In this document: positions 46,618 to 54,229 of the stretch, one piece after another
Position numbering within the stretch: the stretch's first letter is position 1
Layout: every line of letters begins with the position of its first letter
Assembly (NCBI GenBank): GCA_902763535.1
Contig: CACWSG010000006.1
Span: forward strand, 3,352-67,351
DNA length: 64,000 nt
Reading direction: 5' to 3'
Source of the DNA: an uncultured Pseudomonadota bacterium
GTDB taxonomy: Bacteria; Pseudomonadota; Alphaproteobacteria; RF32; CAG-239
Translations under genes and position numbers: made by a program
Notes under the pieces: generated by a model
Seen by the model: only the letters and a program-made list of their open reading frames with translations
Database searches by the model: none
What the model was told of the DNA's origin: nothing

Positions 46618-48552
46618 ATGACAAACCTCAACCTTGAATATCAAGATCTGTTAAACTACCTAACCGATATTATGCATAAATTGCAAAACCAGAGTGATAT
46701 TTTGCGAAACAAAGATATCGCCTTTTGCCTGAGCAATGATAAAGAACACGCCAATAACGCTTTTTCCGATTCTTCTTCTAATGTCATCATTTTCGGACTG
46801 CAATATCTGAAAAATTGGGCTCGAAAGGGCGAAGATGCTGTTGCTCAAACTATTGCCCATGAACTGTCTCATTTGATTTTTCGTGAAAAATTCCATCTTC
46901 ATGGTGCCAAAGAAGAAGAAATTTTTGCCGACAATTACGGACTAATTCTTTGTCATCGAGCAGGATATAATGTCACAGCACCACGCTGGATGGAAAAAGT
47001 TTCGCCGGAAATTAATGATGATGTTCACCCACAGAAACAAATTCGCCAGCTCGTTTTACAACGCACCGCTGTAAAACTCAACTCTCCTCACCGAAAAATT
47101 ACTCCGTTCAAAGTTGACATCCCTGATGCTGCCAATTTTACAGAATATCTTGATGAACTGAAAAATCAGCGCAAAAAATCAATTATTATAAGCTCATCGC
47201 GCCAGTTGCCGACGGATTTGCTTCCTGAAGAAAAAGAACAAGAAAATTCTGATGAATATAGCTATAATGATGATAAAAAAATAAAATTTTTACTCTCTCT
47301 TCCCTCTTTCAAAAAAGTCTCCAGACAACAAATTATGCGCATTGATTTTAACAAATGCACACCTGAAGATGTATTAAATTTGTATCAACAAATTGAAAAA
47401 GTACCGGCACTTAAAAATGACCAATATATTTTGACGATGTTCCATGCCGCTTTTACCAAAAATTCTCAACTGTTAGATGATACAACTTCTTACACTGCCA
47501 TTTTACAAAAATTGGAAAATTTCTTCATGCAAAAAATTGATGAAACCCAAGACGACAAAGAACGCCAAAAATTAACTGAAAATTTTTTGTATATCGATAA
47601 TCGCTTTCGCAATCCGCAAAACCGCCAAAAACTATTTGCGTTAAAAGCTCAAGATATGCTCTGCTGTTACGGCTATGACGACGGCTCCGATAAATATGCC
47701 CGTCATCTTAAAAACGAACTTAATCAAATTGCCCGAAAATTGCACAATGCGGATGTCATCCCCTTGGCAGGTGAAATTAAACAAAAATTAAAAATCACGC
47801 CATCCAATATGCACATTTTGCAAAATTTTGTCAGCAATAACAGTTTTGAGGTACAACAGGTCCGCGCCGAAACTTTGATTAGCGAATGTCTGCTTGAGCC
47901 GCAACAAGCTTTAGCCACGGTCAAATTTTTAACTGATGCCAAACAACCGGCTTTTCAATTTTGCGGAAAATATGGTTCGGATGAGAAAAACTATTCTTAC
48001 ATAGATGCCTCAAATCTGGAAAACATCCGAAACGATTGGGCAAATATTTCGCCGACCAAGCGCGCCGATATTTTTGCTTTACTGATGGAAAATATATCAC
48101 CGCAAAATTGTACCGAAAAACTGGAACTTTTTGTTGATAAAAAAGATGATAATCACGATTTTTACAAATCTGTAATGGAAACTTATCTCAAAACTTATTC
48201 TGATAATCAACAACCCTATGTTGTATCAACTCTCATCAGCCGCAAAGACATTACTCGCCCTTACAGTTATGAAGATTACTTTAAAACCATGTTGCTAAAC
48301 TCAGGCATAGTCGGTCGCCGCATTCATGACAGCTTGTATGGAACCGACTTTTCAAAAAATGTTCAAGATGTGCATCGCAACTATGTGCCGCTTTTTTCGG
48401 ATGATAACATTGAATTTGCGAACCTTGCCAAATTAGGCAAAGCTTTACAATCAAGCACCAACCCTCAAAGCAAAAATCTTGGTCAACAAATTATTCTTCA
48501 CGGAAAACCATCATATCGTCCATCACAAATTGCTCCATCTAACTTTCGCTAA
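46618..48552 (+). CDS. Large hypothetical protein with an N-terminal M48-like zinc-metalloprotease motif
   Basis: HELSHLIF followed by EEEIFADNYG (HExxH...ExxAD). The remaining ~500 aa are unassigned. Confidence 0.55.
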   Translation: MTNLNLEYQDLLNYLTDIMHKLQNQSDILRNKDIAFCLSNDKEHANNAFSDSSSNVIIFGLQYLKNWARKGEDAVAQTIAHELSHLIFREKFHLHGAKEEEIFADNYGLILCHRAGYNVTAPRWMEKVSPEINDDVHPQKQIRQLVLQRTAVKLNSPHRKITPFKVDIPDAANFTEYLDELKNQRKKSIIISSSRQLPTDLLPEEKEQENSDEYSYNDDKKIKFLLSLPSFKKVSRQQIMRIDFNKCTPEDVLNLYQQIEKVPALKNDQYILTMFHAAFTKNSQLLDDTTSYTAILQKLENFFMQKIDETQDDKERQKLTENFLYIDNRFRNPQNRQKLFALKAQDMLCCYGYDDGSDKYARHLKNELNQIARKLHNADVIPLAGEIKQKLKITPSNMHILQNFVSNNSFEVQQVRAETLISECLLEPQQALATVKFLTDAKQPAFQFCGKYGSDEKNYSYIDASNLENIRNDWANISPTKRADIFALLMENISPQNCTEKLELFVDKKDDNHDFYKSVMETYLKTYSDNQQPYVVSTLISRKDITRPYSYEDYFKTMLLNSGIVGRRIHDSLYGTDFSKNVQDVHRNYVPLFSDDNIEFANLAKLGKALQSSTNPQSKNLGQQIILHGKPSYRPSQIAPSNFR

Positions 48553-48591
48553 ACTTACCGATAGCATTAAACAATACGGTAACCATTAAAT

Positions 48592-48625
48592 AAAAACCCG
48601 ACTTTTAACAAGTCGGGCTTTTATT
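48592..48625. terminator. Hairpin terminator
   Basis: AAAACCCGACT-TTTAACA-AGTCGGGCTTTT. Confidence 0.8.
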
Positions 48626-48639
48626 TAACTAAGCTTCTT

Positions 48640-48802
48640 TTACTTTTTCAATAGCTTGACAACCTCTGGAGTAACATCAATAACATTACCCGAAGAATAA
48701 GCCACTGCATCAACCTTGAAAATGCTCTTCATGTGTAATTATCTCTGGATCGGTTTCAATCATATCTCTGACAACTATGTCGTTTGCATTATAATAAATC
48801 AT
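48640..48802 (-). pseudogene. Small ORF interrupted by a 1-nt frame change in a T4 run
   Basis: GGAG RBS, then MIYYNANDIVVRDMIETDPEIITHEEHFQG*. The neighbouring frame continues FKVDAVAYSSGNVIDVTPEVVKLLKK*. Confidence 0.3.
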
Positions 48803-48893
48803 TTATAGCTCCACTATTCCTTTAATTTATAAACTTCATCTCATCCATAACTTTATTAATTACATTATCCTCTTTAATTTTTATATTACAAAT

Positions 48894-49379
48894 TCATATC
48901 TTAATTAACTTTTTTACATACACTCTGGTTGGCTTACCTTCACGATTGTTCATAATTTTCCAAAATACAAAACCATATTTTTCGTATAAACCTATTTCTT
49001 CGGTGGATATAAATACGTTTTCGATTTTATCTGATTTTAGTACATCGCAAATATGATTAATTAATTTGCCGATATTGTTATTACCACGATATTGGGAAAA
49101 CGTGTAAACAAAACCAATCCATGGGGATAATTCTGGCGCATCAATTTCATCTTGCTCGGCTAAGATTGCCCAAGAAGCCAAATTATCGCCATCTGTAAGT
49201 AAAAAAATCTCTGTCGATTTTCCACATATTTGTTTTAATTTATCGGTATCTAACCATGAATACAAAAGTTTTGCGGCCGACCAATCTGCTTTACTTATCT
49301 CGTTTTTCCAGTGTTCTTGATTTTGTGATTGATAATATCTTATAATTTGCACCTGGGTATCCTTTCGATTCATCCTCAA
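48894..49379 (-). CDS. GNAT-family N-acetyltransferase
   Basis: VYTFSQYRGNNNIGKLI (acetyl-CoA loop) and LYEKYGF motif. Confidence 0.75.
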   Translation of the reverse strand: MRMNRKDTQVQIIRYYQSQNQEHWKNEISKADWSAAKLLYSWLDTDKLKQICGKSTEIFLLTDGDNLASWAILAEQDEIDAPELSPWIGFVYTFSQYRGNNNIGKLINHICDVLKSDKIENVFISTEEIGLYEKYGFVFWKIMNNREGKPTRVYVKKLIKI

Positions 49380-49506
49380 TTCTAACTATATCATAAAAAA
49401 AATTTGTAAATCAACAAAACATACACAATTCTTTATTTCCAAAACTTATGAACTCGTAAAAATGTTGTAAAACAAAAAAACACCGCTTTGAGCGGTGTTC
49501 GAATTA

Positions 49507-49526
49507 TTGGCAGGGGCAGTAAGATT
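49507..49526 (-). repeat. Perfect 20-nt second copy of the tRNA-Trp 3' end (att-like)
   Basis: TTGGCAGGGGCAGTAAGATT is identical to 49672-49691. It is preceded on the + strand by its own hairpin AACACCGCTTTGAGCGGTGTT. Confidence 0.9.
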
Positions 49527-49583
49527 ACTTCGTTCACTGCGGCAATCGGCAAAGCCGACCGGCGTATTTTCATCCACCTTTGC

Positions 49584-49620
49584 CTTGTAGTCGAACTCAC
49601 TTCTTCGTGAGTTCAAATCC
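49584..49620 (+). repeat. T-arm-derived hairpin element (CTTGTAGTC + TCGAACTCAC-TTCTTC-GTGAGTTCAAATCC) convergent on tRNA-Trp
   Basis: The stem equals the tRNA-Trp T-arm sequence GTGAGTTCGAATC and its complement. Homologous to 58078-58117 and 9971-10005. Confidence 0.8.
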
Positions 49621-49672
49621 AATTTTCTCTCTCTCAAAAATAAAAACCCACCAAACGGTGGGCTTTTATTTT

Positions 49673-49748
49673 TGGCAGGGGCAGTAAGATTCGAACTCAC
49701 GACCCTCGGTTTTGGAGACCGATGCTCTACCAACTGAGCTATACCCCT
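49673..49748 (-). tRNA. tRNA-Trp (anticodon CCA)
   Basis: Hand fold: acceptor AGGGGTA/TGCCCCT, anticodon loop CTCCAAA, T-arm GTGAGTTCGAATCTTAC, encoded CCA. Confidence 0.95.
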
Positions 49749-49853
49749 ATCATGAGTTTTGCTAACTTAAATACATATATTTTTATCATAAATCAAGTAT
49801 TTTTTTATCTTTTAACAAAAAAAGCCGAAGCTGATCTGCTCCGGCTTATACCT

Positions 49854-50189
49854 TTATGGAGTTATAATCACGGCAATAATCGCGAGAACAGCCATAAACG
49901 CAAAGACTTTCCAACTTTGGAACATGCGGTGTAGCCCATCATGAGGATACCCTCTTTTGTGGTCGTCATATTCGTCGATGACATGGCTGAAACATCCGAT
50001 TTGGTATTGGCGGATGTTCCAGAAATAAAACCCCCATGCTAGTACCGGACAAATCCAATGGCATAATTTCAACACTGCCAAAATCAGCAGACAAACAGCA
50101 ATGACAAACACCACAAATTTGATAATACCAAAGATGCGTTCGCACTCATCATCATCGTTGCTGATGATTGGAAATTTCATTTTTTTCAT
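49854..50189 (-). CDS. Hypothetical membrane protein
   Basis: Two or three hydrophobic helices; no family recognised. Confidence 0.45.
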   Translation of the reverse strand: MKKMKFPIISNDDDECERIFGIIKFVVFVIAVCLLILAVLKLCHWICPVLAWGFYFWNIRQYQIGCFSHVIDEYDDHKRGYPHDGLHRMFQSWKVFAFMAVLAIIAVIITP

Positions 50190-50366
50190 ATTGATAAAAA
50201 TTAGGTTAATAAATACTGATAATTAGAATTTAATTCAGCTATAGCAAAACCGCTCAAAAAGTCAAGCGGCAATCCATATAAATTGACAAATATGTTGACA
50301 AAAAAATATTCTTTTATAAAATACTGCCAATTATTTATCATTATGTTAAATTAAAAATTCTTTATT

Positions 50367-51881
50367 ATGAAAAAAAAGGAATTAACTCCGCAACAAAAAC
50401 GGATTGTAATGGAGATCACTCTGAGCGGGAATTCAATACTCTCCAAAAGAGATCAGTTTGCGATCTTAGGTCTTCCTCCTGAGATTATGTCCAAAAATCT
50501 CTTGAGATACATCGAGACCAGATGGAGTCTCAAAGACGAAGTGATGGTGCGTGTTTTTCAGCGGCACGAAGATGTGGACAAAGATGTAATCAAAGCCTGC
50601 ATTAAGATAAGCAGCCAGATGTGCGAAGCTGCACAGATGGAACTGTTTAATTTGCCGGCGCAATTACGCGACGAGATGTTGATATGCTTTGCTGCCAAAT
50701 CCGGTCATGGCCCTTTACGTTTCTGCGATGCCGCCGTGATGGCGATTTTGAAACTTCCGCTGACAAGCATGTTGAAAATTCTGTCCGTTTACCTTAAGGG
50801 CGGCAATTGGTTGTCCAAAGAGGCTCAAGCCAAGATTATTGGCTTTCCCCAAGAGGTGTCCGAAAAGATTTTTGCAGACTATTGCCACATCCCCGAAACA
50901 CTCGTCTTTGATAAGGTTCTCACCGATTGGACGGATGAGTCCAAGAAAAAAATCTTCTTGGACAACATAAAGAAAATCGACCAGTACACATTCAAGTATT
51001 CCTACGACGAAATGAAAGGAATGATGAACTTGGTATTTGGTTTTCCCCAAAAGGTTCGCGATAAACTTTTGCAAGCTTACATGGATAGAGGTGAACTCAG
51101 CGGTGAGGTTATGAAAAAAATCTGTGAACTTGAGGATCCGAGCCGCAAGAATTTGCTTAAGCTCAAGATGTATTCCTCTGAGGGAATAGACCTCATTTTC
51201 GGTTTGCCCGAGCCTAGCAAAACGGAGTTATTGCTTGATCAGATTAATAAATCTGATTGGAGTCCGTTATCCGGCGAGCAGATAAAAGCTATCTTCAAGT
51301 TTCCTGAGCCTAATCGCTCAGAATTGCTGAAAGCCTATAGGGCAAGATTTAATAATCTTTTTGAAGTTGCTGAAAAAGAGGTGTTGAAACTGCCGGAGCC
51401 TCTGTGCACCGAGATTGTGTTGCAGTGTGTTAGCGACGGCAATGTTTACGGATCAACGGTCGATAGGCTCTTTAGGCTTAAAGAGCCGTTGAAAACCAAA
51501 GCGTTATCGGTATATTTTGCAGGTAGCGAGGCTGAAACTAAATATCTCAGTAAGGTTTTCAAACTACCGGAGCCTTCCAAATCGACTATCCTTTTGGCGG
51601 CAATTAAAGCAAAAAATAATATGTATCTGTTCAACGAGTTCAATATCTCGAGCAGCCCCTATAAAAAGCAGCTGTTTGAGTTGTCAGAACCATATAAAAC
51701 GGAAGTTATCACCGCCTTTGTAGAAAACGGGTGGGAACTTGATGAACCTTGGATGCTTTGGCTGCTGCCTAAGGCGACGAGAGAACCTCTCATCAAGGTT
51801 TATGCAAAAAAGCATGATCGCTTTGATCCCGCCTACTATGAGGCAAAAGTTAAAGAACTTTTGGGAGAAATTCCCGACTAG
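50367..51881 (+). CDS. Tandem-repeat protein (~14 units of ~30 aa centred on [FL]-x-[LF]-P-E-P-x-[KR]-x-E-L-L)
   Basis: LP/FP motifs at aa 36, 96, 130, 160, 175, 226, 256, 280, 312, 342, 372, 400, 439 and 467. Codon usage is unlike the neighbours. Confidence 0.6.
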   Translation: MKKKELTPQQKRIVMEITLSGNSILSKRDQFAILGLPPEIMSKNLLRYIETRWSLKDEVMVRVFQRHEDVDKDVIKACIKISSQMCEAAQMELFNLPAQLRDEMLICFAAKSGHGPLRFCDAAVMAILKLPLTSMLKILSVYLKGGNWLSKEAQAKIIGFPQEVSEKIFADYCHIPETLVFDKVLTDWTDESKKKIFLDNIKKIDQYTFKYSYDEMKGMMNLVFGFPQKVRDKLLQAYMDRGELSGEVMKKICELEDPSRKNLLKLKMYSSEGIDLIFGLPEPSKTELLLDQINKSDWSPLSGEQIKAIFKFPEPNRSELLKAYRARFNNLFEVAEKEVLKLPEPLCTEIVLQCVSDGNVYGSTVDRLFRLKEPLKTKALSVYFAGSEAETKYLSKVFKLPEPSKSTILLAAIKAKNNMYLFNEFNISSSPYKKQLFELSEPYKTEVITAFVENGWELDEPWMLWLLPKATREPLIKVYAKKHDRFDPAYYEAKVKELLGEIPD

Positions 51882-51883
51882 TG

Positions 51884-51924
51884 AAAAAACTTCGGATTGA
51901 TAGCAATATCATCCGAAGTTTTTT
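51884..51924. terminator. Hairpin terminator between the repeat protein gene and tolA
   Basis: AAAAAACTTCGGAT...ATCCGAAGTTTTTT. Confidence 0.8.
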
Positions 51925-51925
51925 G

Positions 51926-52855
51926 TTATCTTATCGACTTATCAATCGGATTAAATCTCAGGCGCAATACCTGCCATCTGTCATATTTATCGGCATATTT
52001 TTCCGCCAAAATCTCTTTATACACCGGCTCGCAGATATGCACGGCGCGCACTGCCGAATTGGCTACCGAGCGGAAATGCCCGTCAGTATTATACCGGCTC
52101 TTATCCATCACTTCTACCGCACGCACGGTGCCGTTTTGGTTCAATGCTGCCTTAATCTCAATCACCATATCCTCAATCCCCATCGCTCCGGGATCAAGAT
52201 TCCAGCATTGACGCAAACGTCCCGCCAAAGCATCCATTTCCGAGATTGACAGCTCGCTGAAATATGAACCGATAGTTCCGCCCTCAACCCCCATATTAGC
52301 CACTTTTGTGCCATCTTTAATCGTTGCAGTATCAGCACTATCTGCTTCTTGTGCCAATTTATCAACACTGGCAAGCAAGCTCTTTAACGGGTTAGCCAAC
52401 TGCGGCTCGGATTTTTTGGGTTGCTCTTTTTGGGGCTCCGGTTTTTTCTCCGGCTTCTTTTCCGGTTTGGGTTTAGGCTTTGGCTTTGCCATCGGTTTTT
52501 TGGGTTGTGGCGCCACCATAAAACTCTTTTTCGGCTCTTCTGGTGCTTTTTCTTCAGCCTTAGGCTCCGGCTTTTTCGGTTCTTCTTTTACTTCTTCTTT
52601 AGGTGCGGCCGGCTCATCTTTGGTGTAATTTTCCTCAATTTTACGCTTTTCAACGGTGGCGGCTTTGTCCTCCTCACCAAATTTGGCTTTGGGCGGCAAG
52701 TTGGTCATCTCGGAAATTTTAACATCTTGCAAATCAACAATAATCGGAACTTGGTCGGACGGTGTTTTGTTCCACCAAAACATCGGCAGTTTTATCATAA
52801 ACAATATCAAAACCGCCAAATGCAAAGCTATTGATTTTTTTAAGCCCGATTTCAT
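51926..52855 (-). CDS. tolA: TolA-like envelope protein (TonB/TolA C-terminal fold)
   Basis: N-terminal anchor, a Pro/Lys/Glu-rich spacer (PKPKPKPEKKPEKKPEPQ) and a C-terminal LRQCWNLDPG domain. Follows tolQ-tolR. Confidence 0.75.
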   Translation of the reverse strand: MKSGLKKSIALHLAVLILFMIKLPMFWWNKTPSDQVPIIVDLQDVKISEMTNLPPKAKFGEEDKAATVEKRKIEENYTKDEPAAPKEEVKEEPKKPEPKAEEKAPEEPKKSFMVAPQPKKPMAKPKPKPKPEKKPEKKPEPQKEQPKKSEPQLANPLKSLLASVDKLAQEADSADTATIKDGTKVANMGVEGGTIGSYFSELSISEMDALAGRLRQCWNLDPGAMGIEDMVIEIKAALNQNGTVRAVEVMDKSRYNTDGHFRSVANSAVRAVHICEPVYKEILAEKYADKYDRWQVLRLRFNPIDKSIR

Positions 52856-52861
52856 TTGTTT

Positions 52862-53293
52862 TTATTTTTTCCTGTTAGCTTTAGGTTCGGTCTTAAGCCC
52901 GACTTTTTCAAATCCGGCTTCTTTAAGCAAAGCCATCAATCCGATAACACGTCCGTATTCTGCACCGGCATCTCCTGAAATTGTAATGGTTACCTCATCA
53001 TTTTCAGCTCTGATAGCCTTCACTTTATCCACAATCTTATCTGCCGGAACTTCGGTTTGTCCGATATAATAGTAACCGTCTTTGTCGACGCTGATGTTCA
53101 AAGAAGTATCTTCCCCGGTCAAATTTTTACCTCCCACCTTGGGCAAATCCAAAGCAATACCCGAGGTCATCAACGGCGCTGCTACCATAAACACCACCAA
53201 CAACACCATCATCACGTCCATCAAATTGGTGATATTGATGTCGGAATTAAGCTGAAATCTTTTGGAGCGACGACGAACTTGTATGCCCTGCAT
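52862..53293 (-). CDS. tolR: TolR/ExbD biopolymer transport protein
   Basis: INITNLMDVMMVLLVVFMV TM helix with the conserved Asp. Confidence 0.88.
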   Translation of the reverse strand: MQGIQVRRRSKRFQLNSDINITNLMDVMMVLLVVFMVAAPLMTSGIALDLPKVGGKNLTGEDTSLNISVDKDGYYYIGQTEVPADKIVDKVKAIRAENDEVTITISGDAGAEYGRVIGLMALLKEAGFEKVGLKTEPKANRKK

Positions 53294-53296
53294 GGC

Positions 53297-54040
53297 CTAT
53301 TCTCCTGCCATATCCGCTCTGATTGCGCTATCATCAATCTCGCGCGACATAATGGTCGAAAATTCTGACATAAATGCTTCCAACTTTTTGGCATATCTAT
53401 CCAAATCGGAAGAAATTTTGTTATAGGCAACCACCGCCGGAATAGCTGCAATCAGACCGAAAGCAGTCGTAAACAAGGCCTCGGCAATACCCGGAGCCAT
53501 CGCCGATAATGAGTTACTTTGAGTTAAAGCAATGGCATTAAAGCTGTTAATAATTCCCCAAACTGTACCAAACAGCCCGACCAATGGTGCCACCGAACCG
53601 GTAGATGCCAAAAATCCCAAATGCGTTTCCAAAGAATCCAAATCCTTATCCATAGCCACCATCATTGCTTTTTCAATGCGTTGTTGCAACGATACACCGC
53701 GCAAACCACGATCTGTTTTGGCTTTCAAGATATTGGTGCGCTTCCATTCTTTCATGGCCGCCATGAACATGTTTGCCATCGGCTCATTCGGTGATGATCC
53801 CAAAGAATCATACAATCTGTCCAATGATCCGCCGGACCAAAAGTTTTCTTCAAATTTGGCGGTTTTTTGCTTTAATTGGCGCAATACACCGAATTTCTCA
53901 AATATAATCGCCCACGACCAAACCGATGCTAAAATAAGCCCGATTAACACTATTTTGGTCACACTGTCTGCCGACCAAACCAAATCCCACATTGAACTGC
54001 CACCGGTTTCAACAGTTTTTTCAATAACTTCCGTTTCCAT
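53297..54040 (-). CDS. tolQ: TolQ/ExbB (MotA/TolQ/ExbB proton channel)
   Basis: LASTGSVAPLVGLFGTVWGI and AEALFTTAFGLIAAIPAV motifs. Confidence 0.9.
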   Translation of the reverse strand: METEVIEKTVETGGSSMWDLVWSADSVTKIVLIGLILASVWSWAIIFEKFGVLRQLKQKTAKFEENFWSGGSLDRLYDSLGSSPNEPMANMFMAAMKEWKRTNILKAKTDRGLRGVSLQQRIEKAMMVAMDKDLDSLETHLGFLASTGSVAPLVGLFGTVWGIINSFNAIALTQSNSLSAMAPGIAEALFTTAFGLIAAIPAVVAYNKISSDLDRYAKKLEAFMSEFSTIMSREIDDSAIRADMAGE

Positions 54041-54229
54041 TTTTCATTCCTTATCGCCAAAATAAACCAATTTGTCGCCACCATAACAAAAAATGATAAA
54101 TAATCAATTAACTTTATGCTGATTTTGCATAAAATTTTACTTTTTTCTCATTGAATAACTTCACAATAAAAATTGACGGAGTCGCACTAGTATTTTACGA
54201 TAACATCATGCATTTTTTATGAGGCCGTC

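Noticed and set aside
48894-49379. The GNAT acetyltransferase with an adjacent small ORF, considered as a GNAT/RHH toxin-antitoxin pair
   Set aside because: The small ORF is downstream rather than upstream, is frame-broken, and shows no ribbon-helix-helix pattern. The GNAT looks like an ordinary family member.
49446-49733. 95-aa minus-strand ORF in the track
   Set aside because: It is composed of tRNA-Trp, its duplicated 3' end and terminator hairpins, so it is not coding.
51881-52855. ORFs of 104-137 aa on the plus strand (51881-52249, 52308-52628, 52421-52834, 52656-53069)
   Set aside because: They are antisense to tolA/tolR. They are generated by the low-complexity Pro/Lys/Glu codon repeats.
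51926-54040. The MotA/ExbB-like plus ExbD-like genes, considered as a Zorya-type defence module
   Set aside because: The third gene is a classic Pro/Lys-rich TolA/TonB-type protein, the sizes match TolQ/TolR, and no large ZorC/ZorD-like genes follow.
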